The notes under the pieces are model-generated. The model made no database searches. It was not told where the DNA came from and worked only from the letters and a program-made list of their open reading frames with translations. Below, one piece after another: positions 1 to 13,151 of a stretch of 64,000 nucleotides of DNA (its first letter is position 1; each line of letters begins with the position of its first letter). A program made the position numbers and the translations under genes. The DNA is taken from the NCBI RefSeq assembly GCF_009834535.1, contig NC_045696.1, positions 114,330,001-114,394,000 on the forward strand. Reading direction: 5' to 3'. The stretch is from Camelus ferus (lineage: Eukaryota).

Positions 1-91
1 AGATGAAATTACTTCATCCTTTTATGTGTATTATATGTAGAAGGACTTTGATCAAATAGCATTGTAGAAATTTAGATAAAAAATGAATTTT

Positions 92-700
92 GGGAGGCAG
101 TATACTGCCGTATTTAAGAGCAGTAACTTTGGAGCAAGACCAACTTGGGCTTAAATATGTTGACTTAAAAAAAAAATCTCACACACAACATAAAAGCTGT
201 GAGTTGAGTGTTTTAGAGTCGTACTGAGAACCATAGCCTGGGAGACAGCTTCTCAGAGAGCTCTTAGAAACTCTTCCAAAGAGGTTAGATCAGCATATAT
301 ATGATTTGGGCAGAAAAGGGTACATGCAACCAAGCACACACGTCAGTAGAAGGTTGCTGCTAGTCACAGGGAACAGATATCTTAGTTAATGGTTTTAATG
401 TTTTCTAAGTATGGGAAGATGCAAGTGTCCAGATTCATAAACAATCTCTCCTGAAAATCACTATCTGAAGGCCTGTTCTGCCAGTTTCCCCAGAGCACAG
501 AATGCCTCATTACTGACCTCCACCCTGAGCTCCTTTCAGGGTGTGTCAAAGGTCAGTGACTGCAGTGGCTCATGACTCAGTCCTTGGAAGAGCTGGGTGG
601 CGAGTGACCTACTTTAGTTGGCAAGTCCTAGCATCGTCACTTGCTAGCAGGGTGTCCTTGTGTACATGACCCTCCCTCTGAACCTCAGGTGTCTCGTGAC
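92..700 (+). mobile_element. MIR SINE split by a solo LTR (pieces ~92-157 and ~624-700)
   Basis: ggaggcag..ttaagagcagtaactttggagcaagac..tgggcttaaat, then cctagcatcgtcacttgctagc..ctctgaacctcag, follow the MIR core in order. Confidence 0.7.
158..623 (-). mobile_element. ERV1-type solo LTR, MER41-like
   Basis: TG..CA termini (tgttgac..gttggca); shares blocks with 14726-15185 (ccaagcacaca, ggaagatg, agcacagaatgcctca, ctgcagtgg); degenerate 4-bp TSD aata/agtc. Confidence 0.8.
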
Positions 701-1896
701 ACCTGGAGGTAGGATTTTCACCCTCAAGGGAGCTTTGTGGATGGAGGAGAGTAGGGGTTTCAAGTAGTTCCAGTCTGTCCTCCCTACCTTGTTTGTTTGA
801 ATTGTGCTGAGCAAATTCTCAGGGTTTCAGTGGGCATCAAAGATGATCAACAAAGAGCCTGTAGGCCATGGTCAAAGGACAGTGCACATCGAGCCGTTCT
901 AGGCACAAACAAGGACACTTACAGGGCTCACTTACAGGGCAGTGTACTTCCATCAGCGTTGAAGAGGAAGTGTCTATGCAGGCAGAGGCTGGCACTCCTT
1001 TAAAGTGGATTCTCCTCTTCCCCCAAGGCCACACCGCTCTCCTCCATTCTCTTTCCTCTTGCAACTCAAGTAATTCCCATCTCTTGTTTGTGGCACGACC
1101 TCTAGGCCCTGCTGACTTCAGTTCTTAGCAGTTTAGATTCTCAAACGGTTCTCTCAGGAAGCCTGGCCTTTGAAAAGAAAATGCTTTGTTCTTGAGATGG
1201 CTGTCTCTGTTACAGATTTTAAAATTGCTTGAGAAACTAAAGACCCGAGTATTAGTCTTTCTTTCTTTTTGCACCCCTGCTAAGCAATCCTAATCTTCCA
1301 AAGGACAAGTGAGGCCTCTGAGGGCACGGAGGAACCAGCGTGGGAGATCGAGGGGCCAATTAGGAAATTTTCACATCTTATTTCACAACATGTATTTTAA
1401 CTGAGAGCACCTTTTACTATGATGTGGTTAGCTCAGCAGAGAAGGTTTAAAAATAACCTGCTTAGTTTTTGTGCTTTAAGAGTATCTGGGTAAGAAATAC
1501 TGATTCCTCACTTCCTATCTCCCTTGTGAAGACAAACATGTTTTATTATCTTGATCAAGTTCTTTTATTATCTGTTGCTGTGGTCATAGAATGACTCAAG
1601 TTCATTCATAGATTTAAGATAAACTCACAGAATTGAGATAAGCATATTTTTTTTTTTTTCCCTTGACAAAACAACTAAAAATCATGCTCTCCAGGCCAGG
1701 TTACCATGTGACATCACTTTGCTTGTAACATTCTGAGTCCATTAGTAAATGCCTAGAAAAGAGAAGTGATCAGATGGCAAACACAGAAAGTATTTGTGAT
1801 TTTCCTTCTGCTGTGATTAGTCCTGAATAGTGCAGTAGAGTCTCTCAGTGATTTTAATTGCAACAAGATATTATAAATGAATTGAAGCGAAGTGTT

Positions 1897-2088
1897 CTGC
1901 AGTTGGTAAACTGCGGCCCACAGGCCAAATCTGGCCTGTTTTTAAACTCGAGAGTGAAGAATGGTTTTCATTTTTAAAGGCCTATAAACAGAGCAAAAGA
2001 AAACATCGAAGAATATATGACACATGGCCTGAAAAGCCTAAAAGATTTATCACCTGGCCTTTTGCCGAAAGAGCTTGCTGACCCCCGG
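1897..2088. mobile_element. MER58-like hAT-Charlie MITE
   Basis: ggtaaactgcggcccacaggccaaatctggcc ... aaagcctaaaagatttatcacctggccttt..ttgctgacccc. Confidence 0.75.
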
Positions 2089-3169
2089 TGCAGAGAGAAC
2101 AAAACAAAACAAAACAAAGACCAACAAAATTATCTGGCACCCTATCTACCCTTATAAATGAGTCGTTTAAACAATGACACATAGTTTAGGTCACAGATCA
2201 AATTACTGAACTGCTATCTCATTTGCAAATTGGAGCTCATACCATCTCCCAGTGGAATGACAGGCACTGTAGTTAGTTTGTTGCACAGTAGACACTGAAA
2301 AGAAAGGTGTTCTTTATTTTATTTTCAACTTGACATCTCTGTAAAGTTGGGACTTCCTGGCCCTTAGTAAATATTCAAGAAAAAAAAATCATATAGTGAT
2401 TTTCCTGGGATGGGAACAGAAGAAGTTATCAATAAGAAAGTAAGTTTTAATTTACCACCACTCTGTATAAAAGCCTTGAAATATGAAGGCTTTTAACTAT
2501 GTTCTTAGTAAACCAGTGGTGGGGAGTCTGGGGGGAGGGGACATGAGATTGAAGCTTAGATGTGAATAGCTTCCTTTCAAGGAAAAGAAAAGACCTTTAG
2601 CTCAACAAGTCTATTGTTGTTCTTCAGTGGAATGAACCTCTTAAGAATGTAGTAAGGAGTGTGGTACATTCAACCGCTTATTTTAAAACTCTATATATTA
2701 AAGTTATATTATTAAATTGTATCTTCTGGAAATTTTTAAACATATGTAAAACTAGAGAGAATAGTGTAGTGGTTCTAGCTTCAACAAATATCAATGTGTG
2801 CCCAATCTTGTTTCATCTGTACCCCTCCCATCCCTCACCACCACTACCACATACATTGTTTCAAAGCAAATCCTAGAGATGATGTTATGTGATCTGTACT
2901 TTTCCCCAGCATGTATAGCTAATTGTTTCTTTAAAGTACTCTTTTCAAAGAGCATAATCACATTATCGTTATCACACTGAAGAAATTGACAATAAGCCTC
3001 TAATATCAACAAAAATTGAATAAATGTTCTAATTTCTCTGATTTCATTTTGTTTTATTTTAATCAGGATCCATACATGATCTACATGAAACTTCCAGTTG
3101 ATATGTACCCTAAATCTCCTTTAATACCTAAATTGACTCCTCTTTCATTTTTGTCCCTTGAAATTTAGG

Positions 3170-5100
3170 TACTGCTCGATCAGTCTGCTCATATTTCGGT
3201 GAGACGTGTTTGTGTCATGAGAAATATTGGTCTGAAGTTTTCTTTTTCTGTAATATTTTCCATGGTAATTGTATTAGGACAATACTGGCCTCATAAACTG
3301 AACTGGCCAGTGTTCCCTCCTACTCTGTTTTCTGGAAGGGTTTGTGTACAATGGATATTATTTGTTCCTTATATGTTTGGTAGAACTCCCTAGTAAAGTC
3401 ATCTGGGCCTGGAGTTTTCTTTGTGGAAGGTTTTAAGCCACAAATTCAATTTCTTTAATAGATACAGGATTACTGTATTATACTTTCTATTTCATTGTGA
3501 GTGAGCTTTCATAGCTGGTTTCTTTTAGAAATAATAATAGAATTTGTCTATTTTATTTAACTCGTTGAGTTAATTGGCATAAAATATTTCCTTATTATCC
3601 TTTTAATGCCTCTAGGATCTAATGTGATATTTTTTCTTTCATTCCCAATATGGGTACATGTCTTTTTTTTTTTTTTTTTAACCCCTCTGGTCAGTCTTCC
3701 TAGAGATTCATCACTCTTACTGATTTTTTCTGAGAACTAGCTTTTGGTTTCATTGATTTTCTTTATCACTTTTCTGTTTTCAGTTTTATTGATTTATGCT
3801 TATTTTATTTTTCTTTCTCTGCTTGCTTTGGGTTCAATTTGCTCATTTTCGGATTTTTTTTAATTGAAGTATAGTCAGTTTACAATGTTATGTTAATTTC
3901 TGGTGTACAGCAAAATGCTCTTTTTTCCTAGTAAGGTGGAAGGTTTTATCGGTGATTTGAGATCACTTTTCTTTTCTAACATAAGCCTTTAACACTATAT
4001 ATTTATTTTTAAGTGTTATTTTAGCTGCATCCCACATTTGTGTATGTTGTGTTTTAATTTTCATTCAATTAAAATATGTTCCAGTTCTCTTGTGGCTTTA
4101 TCTTTGACCTATGAGTTGTTTAGAAGTGTGTTAGTAGTTTCTAAATATTTGAAGATGTATTGATATTTTTGTTATTAATTTCTAGATGAACTTCTTAGAG
4201 TCAGAAAATATATTTTGTATACTTTCAAGTCTTTAAAATGTTGGATTTGTTTTATAACCTAGAATGAGGTCTATCTTGGTGAATATTGAAAAAAATGTGT
4301 ATTCTGGTTTTCTTGGTTGAAGTGTTCTAGAAAAGTCAATTTAGTCAAGTTGTTTGATGCTGTTGTCTATATATTCTGTATCCATACTGTACTATAGTAT
4401 TGTGGTATTTTCTTGTGTACTAATTCTATCAATTACTGACAGAGGGGTGTTGGATTTTTTATTATAATTGTGGATTTGTCTGTTTCTTCTTTCAGATCTG
4501 CAATTCCCTGCTTCACTTTTTGGAGCTCTGCTGTTAGGTGCATATGTATTTAGGATTGTTATGTCTTCCTGGTTTACTGACTTCTTTATCATTATGAAAT
4601 GAACCTGTTTACCACAGATAATCTTTCTTGGTCTGACGTGTACCTTGTCTGATATTAACACAGCCACTCTAGTTTCCCTTTGATTAGTGTTTGCAGAGTA
4701 TGTCATTTTCTATCATTTTTACCTTTAACTGATTATCTTGAGATTTCCTGTACACAGTTTATAGTTGGATCTTGCTTTTGTACCCAATCTGGAAAAACTC
4801 TGCCATTATTTGGGTACTCACATTATTACATTTTATTTAATTATTAGTGTGGTTGGATTTAAGTCCGTTAACTTATGGGTTGTTTTCTGTTTATTCAGTC
4901 TATTGTTTGTTTTTTTCCTTACCTGGTTTTGGGTTATTTGAAAATTTTTCATTTTTCTATTTTATCTCCATTTGGCTAATTAATCATACTTCATTTTGTA
5001 ATATTTTCAGTGACTTTTTATAGTTTACTCTCATTCCACTTCATGTATAACTTCACAGAAATATACTTGCATTCCTCCCTCTCATCTTTTGCGCTACTTT
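3170..5100 (-). mobile_element. Degenerate L1 ORF2 fragment (endonuclease to RT region)
   Basis: ORF 4392-4706(-) ANTNQRETRVAVLISDK..HFIMIKKSVNQEDITILNTYAPN matches the L1 APE endonuclease; stops and frameshifts nearby. Confidence 0.9.
3853..3912 (-). mobile_element. Very short young L1 3' terminus inside the older L1
   Basis: T-tract + aattgaagtatagtcagtttacaatg..tttctggtgtacagc; imperfect TSD tgctcattttc / tgctctttttt. Confidence 0.75.
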
Positions 5101-5575
5101 ATGACTTATTTGCTGAAGAAACTAGACCATTTGTCTTGTAGAGTTTTCCACATTCTGGAGTTTGTTTATTGCATAGCTATTAGGCTAACATTTCCCTCTG
5201 TCTTCTGTATTTTTTAAATTAATCAGTTGTTAAAACTAGGGGCTTGGTCATACAGTTATGATTTTTACTACATATACCTTCATGAGGAGGCATAGAAAGT
5301 CCGATTAATCTTTTCCTCGTGTTAACAGCCATGGATTATTGTTGCCTATTCATTGCGTCATTAGGTGTGTTTAAAATGCTGATGTTCTTATTCTATCATT
5401 TGTTTCTTTATTAGCTAAGATTATTTCTACAAAGATGAACTTACCCTCATTAACTGATTACCCTGCAGTACAGTTTACGCAGGAAGGTAGCCTGTATGTT
5501 TGATTCTTTTCCATCATTAACCCATTTTCAATGAGTTAATTCCTTAGCTTTCTCCAAAGATAAGCAATAAGTTAC

Positions 5576-5623
<48 letters not shown>
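5576..5623. repeat. (TATC)n microsatellite, derived from an L1 tail
   Basis: About 11 perfect TATC units abutting an L1 3' end. Confidence 0.95.
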
Positions 5624-5800
5624 TTTTATTGAAGTATAGTCAATGTACAGTATTACGTAAGTTACAGGTGTACAATAAAGTGATTCACAATTTTTAAAGG
5701 TTATACCCCATTTATAGTTATTATAAAATATTGGCTATAGTCCCTGTGTTGTACAATATTTCCTTATAGCTCATTTTACTTAATAGTTTGTACCTCTTTT
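5624..5800 (-). mobile_element. L1 3' end fragment
   Basis: tttattgaagtatag..ggtgtacaat..ttataaaatattggctatagtccctgtgttgtaca. Confidence 0.8.
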
Positions 5801-6104
5801 TAAATTTTTTGAGTATGATTATGAATTCAGGGATTTAAAAAAATCATCTTGTATGTTACATCCATACACCTCTGCATGCTCCATTTGGCTTCCAAATTTT
5901 TCAGATATGACCCCACCAATCTTTAAGATTTCTCATCATATGAGCTTTCAGGCTCATCTTGTACATTTTCTGTTATTGACTTGGAATCAGCCATTTCTCC
6001 AAGAAAGTTTGGTTCTTTTTTGGTGAATATGGAATTAGAGAAGCAAGCTGATTTCTCAGAATTTTTTATGTAAAAATAGCAAAAATCTTTTTAACAATGA
6101 TCAT

Positions 6105-6900
6105 TAAAAATGTTTGATGTTAGCTGTGGGTTTATCAGAGATGCCCTTTGTGAGGCTGAGGGAGTTGTACTTTTAGTTTATGGAGTGTTTTTCTCATAAA
6201 ACAATGTTGAATTTTGACAAATACTTTTTTTGCATCTATTGAAATATCATAGGTTTTTGCCCTTTATTTTATTAATGTCGTGTATTTCTTTGATTACATT
6301 TTGTATGTTAAACTGAACTTGTACTCCAGAATATAAATCCCACTTGGTCATGGTGTATAATCCTTCTTATATGTTACTAGATTCAGTTTGCTATTATTTT
6401 GTTGGAGTTTTTGCATTTATATTCATAAGAGATATTGGTCTGTTGGTTCTTTTTTGTGATATCTTTGCACTTTGGTATCAGAGTAATTCTGACTTCATAG
6501 AATGAGTTTGAATATATTTCATCTTCTTCTATATTTTGGAAGAGTTTATGAATGATCAGTGTTGACTCTTTTTTTTAAAGTTTGGTAGAATTTAGAGGCA
6601 AAGTTATGCCTGGGCTTCTTTTTGTGAGAATTGTTTTGATTATTAAGGGAATTTCTTTACTTGTGGTTTTATTTAGCTACTTTGTATCTTCTTGAGTCCA
6701 TGTTGATAGTTTATGTCTTTCCAGAAATTTGTTCATTTCATTTAGGTTATCTAATTTGTTTGTATAAAATTGTTCATAGTATTCTTTTATAATCCTTCCA
6801 TTTTTTTTATTGTGAATAGTGATACCCCCTAATTAATTTTTAATTTTAATATATATATATATTTTTAATTCCTGCTTAGTCTAGCTAAAAGTTTGTCAAG
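6105..6900 (-). mobile_element. Degenerate L1 ORF2 (RT region) fragment
   Basis: tgatgttagctgtgggttt..ataaatcccacttggtcatggtgtataatcctt..gagatattggtctg is typical antisense L1 RT. Confidence 0.85.
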
Positions 6901-6904
6901 ATTC

Positions 6905-7122
6905 TGGCTGATTTTGTTTCTGCCTTCCCACGGCAAGGAGATAGCTCTGTTATTTCTTCCTGTTCTTACAAGGACACCAGCCCTATCAGATTAGGGCTCC
7001 ACTCTTATGACTTCATTGAGCCTTTATCACCTCCTCACAGACCCTGTCTCCAAACATAGTTACACTGGGAGTTAGGGTTTCACCATGTAAATTTGGGGAG
7101 GTGGCACATTCAGATTGTAACA
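6905..7122 (-). mobile_element. MaLR LTR fragment (MLT1A/MST-like)
   Basis: tcttacaaggacaccagccctatcagattagggctccactcttatgac..cacattcagattgtaaca. Confidence 0.75.
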
Positions 7123-7259
7123 AGTATATATATGCATTTTATTTCTACTTCTTTCTTAGATAAATGTTAGCATAGTAGCCACACAATTTTTCACATCTTT
7201 CTTTTAAAATTTAGCAATATATGTTATTAATTACTCTAAAGTAATGTTTAGAAACTTTC

Positions 7260-7776
7260 TGTTACAGAGTCCAGACTCGTTCTGCTTGCCTCACGGCAGG
7301 CCAAAAACTCGGGAGACGAGGTATTGGGGCAGGGAATAGCATCTTTATTTGGAAAGCCAGCAGATGAGAGAAGATGGCAGACTAATGTCCTGGAGAACCA
7401 TCTTCCCCAAGTCAGAATTCAGGCTCCTTTTATACTAAAAAGGGGAGGGGGTGTGGCTGGTTGTTGCAAACTTCTTGGTGAAGGAATTCTTTGTTCTCGC
7501 AGCTGTCCACGTGGGTCAGGTCATGGTGCCCCTGTAAAATCTCTAACAAAACAAACATTATCTGCAACTTGTTATCTTCATATAAGTGTGAAAGTGTTAA
7601 TATCCTTAAAGATCAGAGCCTTGAGAATAGGCTGTCCTGTATATTTCAGTCTGAAGGCAATATTCTTTTACAAAAGGTGCAGAACCAGCATGACTAAGCC
7701 TAGAAAACAGGGCACAGAGTTAAAGACAAAAGAACAGATCTAATATATAGAGTCAGATCTGTTCTTTTTTGTTACA
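7260..7776 (-). mobile_element. ERV1-type solo LTR
   Basis: tgttaca..tgttaca termini, TSD tttc/attc, minus-strand TATAAAA (~7428) and AATAAA (~7345). Confidence 0.85.
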
Positions 7777-7906
7777 ATTCCTCATTTCTTTATACAGCTA
7801 AAGTCATCCCTTTAAATCTGAGCAACAATACTGTGATAATAACAAGCCCACTGCTTATATTACTGGATGATCTCTGACATTTTCAAAACAATTATTTCTT
7901 TTTGAC

Positions 7907-8390
7907 TGTGTTAGGAAAGTTTCCTTAGAGGTGGACTCTGATGGGATAGTGAGTTGTCAATGAAGTGCTCACAAATGAAACTACGAATGATGTTGGGGAA
8001 GCGAGATAGGCAGGGGAGAGAACCAAGGAAGGATGTGTCTTTTAGAGGATAGCTTCAGCCTGATCCCACAGAACTCTGGAGAGTAAGTTATGACTCAGTG
8101 TTGCTCTGCTTTAATAATCCCGCTCCCTTCAGTCAGTGGTAAATCCCTGTTACTCCCTCTTCACCCACCAAGGGACATGTAAATTCCCAGGTGCTTCCAG
8201 ACCTGTACTGTGGCTAAAGCAGGCTCCAGTAGCTTGAGGACAGTGTCCTGAAAAATTACTGCAGGCATTGGCTGCAGGGAGTGAAATTTAAGGTTGGGAG
8301 GCGATGTGTGTTACACAAAGAGACAATATGAGGATGTATCATTTGGGATGGTATCTCAGGATCTGGAAGGAGCACTGACATTGTCCACTA
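7907..8390 (-). mobile_element. ERVL LTR, LTR16-like
   Basis: Terminal pattern ..ggatctggaaggagcactgacattgtccacta shared with 54775-55228. Confidence 0.55.
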
Positions 8391-9519
8391 TGATGGCAAA
8401 ATTAAGGCCATAGATCACTTTAATCAGCAAATGTGGCCCACTTAACAATAGAGTTGTTCCTCTGCTTACATGCCAGCACAAGAGATCCGAATACAAGAGG
8501 TGGTCCCGAAGGCCATTTGTGAGGTAAAAATCTAGGAAATAGAAAATCACATTCAAAAAAAGAAGGGCTTTCTGCTCAACAAACCCATTCATTAGCTTTC
8601 TCCCAAACACATGGCTAACATATTTTAAGACACTTAAAAAAAAAAAAAAGATTTAGAAGAAATCCTGACTTGCTGAGAATAAAAGAAAAAGGTTTCAATT
8701 TCATCCTGCCTCTCATTTTATTTGTAATATGGTTAGAGTCTACTGGATGATTTTTGGGGACTTGGAAGAGTTAGATTGGATTCTCCAGGGGCTGGACCCA
8801 TCCTGTAATTGGACTTGGGCAAGGAAAAGGAGGGCTCCTCAGAGCAAAGCATAGATTTCCAGGTCTAAAATGATATCATCTAAAAAAAATAGACAGAAGT
8901 GGTAAAAATCTATCTCAATATTTTTTTTGGTTGGGGGGGCAGGGAGGCAAAAGATTAATTCTTTAGTAACTTTTACTGGATCAACTCCACAGAGGTGGCT
9001 TCTCATTCGAGAATACCAGTTGAATTACCAAAAAGTGGGCTGAAATAGAAAGAGAACACAGAGAAACACAGACAGAGACACTGTTTGTAACCAGAAGATT
9101 CTTCCATATCTTAGTGACCTATTAAGGCCAAAGTGGATGCAGCCACAGGCGATCATGTTTATATTTGTTTTCCTTAAGGGAATCACTTAATGAAATAATG
9201 AGTAAAATATTATGATTAAAATTAAGAGGGCCGTTGGGATGACTTACAATGGCATGCCCAAAGGAGAGATTTATATTGTTGCTTTGATAGGCTTTAGAAA
9301 GAGCCAAGAAGTCTCCATTCTTCGATTTGTTTAGGAAAGGAATTACTGGGGAAGTTAATTGCCTTTTTTTTGTTTGTTTTTTGAGATTGAATAAGAGCTA
9401 ATTATGAGGGATGAAGATTCATAGTAGGCATCAGAATTAGTTAAGCAAACAATATTTGGGACACATTTTTAAATGAGATAAACCCTTAGAGTTCTATTCT
9501 GTCTTCTCTAGGTAGCCGA

Positions 9520-10005
9520 TGGCTCATTCATTTGCTGTACATTTATCAATATTCTCTAAGCATCTTCCATAGGCTGGGGAGATGATGATGAATAAGACAG
9601 TCTAGGTACCCACTTAATCCTTTCCTTGTCTCCCAGGAGCTCAGTTTGAAGAACTTTGTTGTGTTTTGCTACCTTCAGCAGCGCTCAGAAGGTGTTGGCA
9701 TATATGTTCTGCAGTGTTGACTTTCAGCATTCATTCCTCTCTCCAGTAATTTCACAAAAGCATACGAAACATAGGCCATGCATTTGCACACAGTAGTTAC
9801 AAGATAGAAATCACAACCGCTCTTAGGGAGTGCCTAGCCTAGAGGGCGCTGTAGGGGAAAAGCAAATAATCCTGATCCTATAACGTAAGTGCCCTGAGAG
9901 GGGACTCAGGGCTGCGAGTGTGCGTAGTACGGCGGGAGTCTCTGCTCACTTGGATCTGCTCCTTGGAGGGCAGGAAGCTTCTGAGCTCAGTGGAGGACTG
10001 AACGT
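9520..10005 (-). mobile_element. L2 fragments
   Basis: tcattcatt..aataagacag..ggagctcagt, and ggagggcaggaagcttctgagctcag, resemble antisense L2 3' region. Confidence 0.5.
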
Positions 10006-10844
10006 TTATATTTAGGTGCAAGATAAATGATCGAGCCTCACCCCCAGCTTTAAATAAAAACGCCCCTAATACCACATGGTTGGGCAATGTTTTAAACTGC
10101 CCTTCTGTTTCTCTTTCAGTCCCTCCCGTGCACGAGGGGCTAGGACTTACTTAGAGCTGGCAGTGTACATGGATACAGGATAAAGGGATACCCTCCCACG
10201 CGCCTCCTCCTCCTCTGCCCCACAAACCAGGGCACTTAATGGTGTGCTTTTTACCTCACTGGGCGGATTACAAGCTATTCTTCCTTATTTTGTATGAGAG
10301 TCATGAGGATATCTGAAATTGCAGAAAATGCCCCAACGTTATCCTTAATTTATACTTCCTCCATATTGAAATTTTAGACTAGAGTTTTTAGAGAGTATTT
10401 CCATAAAGATTTCCATGAAATGGTCACTTGGCAATTTTTTTTTTTTTTAAATCAGTCTGCCTGTCTCTGATTCTTCCTATCAGCCTCTTCTGGGCACTTA
10501 CAAATGTGTGAAAATCTCTACGTCCAGACCTGCTACAAACACACTGATAGACCGTTCTTCGTATGATCAAATGGCCCGTAGTTGGGATCAGTGTTTATTT
10601 AGGCTTAATTGAAATCAGTCACAGAGTCAATGGCCTTTGGAAGCAGATACATCTTAACACAGGATATCAAGATGGCTCTGGTTTCAAGCCAACATAAACA
10701 TAAACAAACAAACAAACAAACAATTGAGAAAGTCAGAACCTGGGAAAACATTGCCTGGCCTTCAGTCTCTTTTGCTCACTCAGATCGATTTATTAATTTT
10801 CTGTTCTCGGAATTGGCAGGCCTCTCGGCAAAAAAGCAACTTTA

Positions 10845-11078
10845 TTATTTAAAAAAATTTTTTTAATTTTTTAACGTTTTTTTAAATTGAGTTATAGCCA
10901 TTTTACAACGTTGTGTCAAATTCCAGTGTAGAGCCCAATTTTTCAGTCATACATGAACATACATATATCCATTGTCACATTCTTTTCTGCTGTGAGCTAC
11001 CACAAGATCTTGTATATATTTCCCTGTGCTATACAGTATAATCTTGCTTATCTATTCTACATATGCTTGTCAGTGTCT
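10845..11078 (-). mobile_element. Young 5'-truncated L1 3' end
   Basis: Near-identical to 28774-29000; imperfect TSD aaaaaagcaacttta / aaaagggcaacttta. Confidence 0.85.
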
Positions 11079-12443
11079 ACAAAAGGGCAACTTTAAATTG
11101 TACTTTTTGCTCTGTTCATTTATTGCTATAGTCCAATGCCTGGAACAATGTCTCCCCGTAGGAGGGAGCTCAGTGAACATTTTGCTGTGTGTGAATGAAC
11201 ATTTTATAGCTTTGTAGAGAAATTGGTTCTATATTAAGTCAGAAGTTTCTAGTTGGTTTTGCCCATAGTCATTTATTTTTGCATCATGTAGATGAATTTA
11301 TAATAATTCTCTCTTCTCTGTAATCTCCCTGAGGGTAAATGATAAGGCTTTTAATATTTCATAACTCATCACAGTCTTTGGCTCATTTAAAACCAACATG
11401 GGAAGAAATACCAGAGGCGTGTCTTGTGAGGTGTACAGCAACAAGTTGCATTTTTGTATCATGACACAATTCAGCCACGTGCTTACTTGGATCTTAGCAA
11501 CCCATTCTGGCAACGGCAAAGCAAGTGGTGCTGTTCCCAGCATGAGAGGACTGAGGGTGACAGGATGAAGTGGCGCACCGCAGGTCCTGGCCAGCGAGTG
11601 GAAGAGCAAGGAGCAGGACAGGACCCTGGAACTCCTTCTCCAGTTCTGGTTCTGCCATCCCGCCTCGGCTCCTTTTCTAGCTGAAAGGCATTTTATGAAG
11701 GTTAGTAAAACACAAATAGAATTGATATGTCTTGTAGGAGTAGTGTTGGGGGAAGGTACTTCTTTGATCACAGATTTAGACAATGCCTTTTGTGTGCCAT
11801 GTTCAATTTTGGCCACCCAAGTTCTAGTTTTGGCTGGAGGAATCGTTCCATAACCTGGGGCCCTTGATTTTTCAGGGCTTTTTTTCTCCCTGCTTGTAAA
11901 ATGAGAAAGGTGGGCTCTCTCAGCCTTGATGTACATCATAACTGTATCACTCCATCATTCTGTTTTTCTTCTGCTTACATCTCTTTCCTGGTGATGAAAG
12001 TCCAAAGACCACTTGTGTTTCAGGGCTCAATGAAAATATTGAATTGGATCCATTTTTGAAAACCTACATAGAAATGGACAAATAGAAGGTTACATGGGAA
12101 AGACAGGAGGGAATAGTGTCAAGTTGAAAGATACGTACCTAAGACATTGAAGGAGATGAGATGAAGATTTTTCATGAGAGGAAAGTAAACAATTGCTACC
12201 ATCATGACCTACAGGATCCTGCTGTTGTAAGTGTTAACTATCATTATAATTATTACTGTCATTAACATGGGCTTCAAGTCTCTTCCTATACCTCCAGCCT
12301 CATTGGGTTGCCAAGGAGTCAGACTCACCATGCAATAAAACAGATGCACAGCAGAGATTTTATGCGGATCATTTGTGGTTGATTAGGTCATTCCTCAGCA
12401 AATATTCACTGTCTTCTCTCCAGCTGCATGAGGGATGAATCTA

Positions 12444-12762
12444 CAGTTAGCCCTCTGCATCTGTGAATTCAACTAACTGCGTATCAAAAATATTTGAGAA
12501 AAAAAACAACAACAACAACAACAACCCAGAAAGTTCCCAAAAGCAAAGCTTGAATTTTCTGCATGTCGGAAGCTATTTACACAGCATTTACATTGTATTG
12601 GTATTATCAATCATCTAAAGATGATTTAAAATATACGGGAGGATGTGTGCAAATACTATGCCATTTATATAAGGGACTTGAGAATCTGGGCATTGTGGGG
12701 TCCCCAGCCAGGGTGGAGGTGGGTCTTGTCACCAACCCTCTATTTTTACTGAAGGATGACTG
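12444..12762. mobile_element. MER2-like Tigger (TcMar) non-autonomous element
   Basis: TA|cagttagccctc ... gaaggatgactg|TA termini with TA duplication; internal tatttacacagcatttacattgtatt. Confidence 0.85.
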
Positions 12763-13151
12763 TAATTCTATGCCCCTTGACTTGTAACAAAATGAGGAAG
12801 TCTTCTTCCTCATGTACAAAGCTGATTTTTGTGGCTCCCCTGAAGTGTTAGGACCATTTCTGGTCAATTGAATTTAAAAGGTTAGAAAGATAAGACACAA
12901 CAGGCCAGTTTTGAAGACAAGTGCTTAAGACAACCCAGGTCAAGAGTCAATGGGTTGCTTTTGTGTGAGTGAAAACCGAAGCGATTAGGATTCCCAGGTA
13001 GGAAAAATGAAAGCTGAGAGAGCTTATGTGATCAAAAATAATAAAATAAATAGGAAGGAAGTCAAAAGCCCTGCTGGTTCTGTCTAAACCTCTCAGTCAT
13101 CATGTGACAAATTACTTCATCTCTGGAGACTTTGTCTGCTTCAATAGGGAA

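Larger units (their letters stand above)
2700..6060 (-). mobile_element. Old L1MC-like 3' UTR (pieces ~2700-3170 and ~5105-6060) interrupted by other L1 pieces
   Basis: ttatttgctgaagaaactagaccatttgtcttgtagagttttccacattctgg and ttggaatcagccatttctccaag resemble the L1MC4/5 3' end. Confidence 0.55.

Noticed and set aside
4392..4706. Endonuclease-like ORF, and similar ORF2-like ORFs at 18295-18754, 35336, 40450-41560, 43597
   Set aside because: Broken L1 ORF2 remnants, not host genes or active elements.
7324..7743. 139-aa ORF
   Set aside because: Antisense frame inside a solo LTR.
11298..11939. Longest ORF in the track (213 aa, minus strand)
   Set aside because: No recognisable domain or coding-like composition; compatible with chance in 64 kb. 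A BLASTP or PhyloCSF hit would reverse this.
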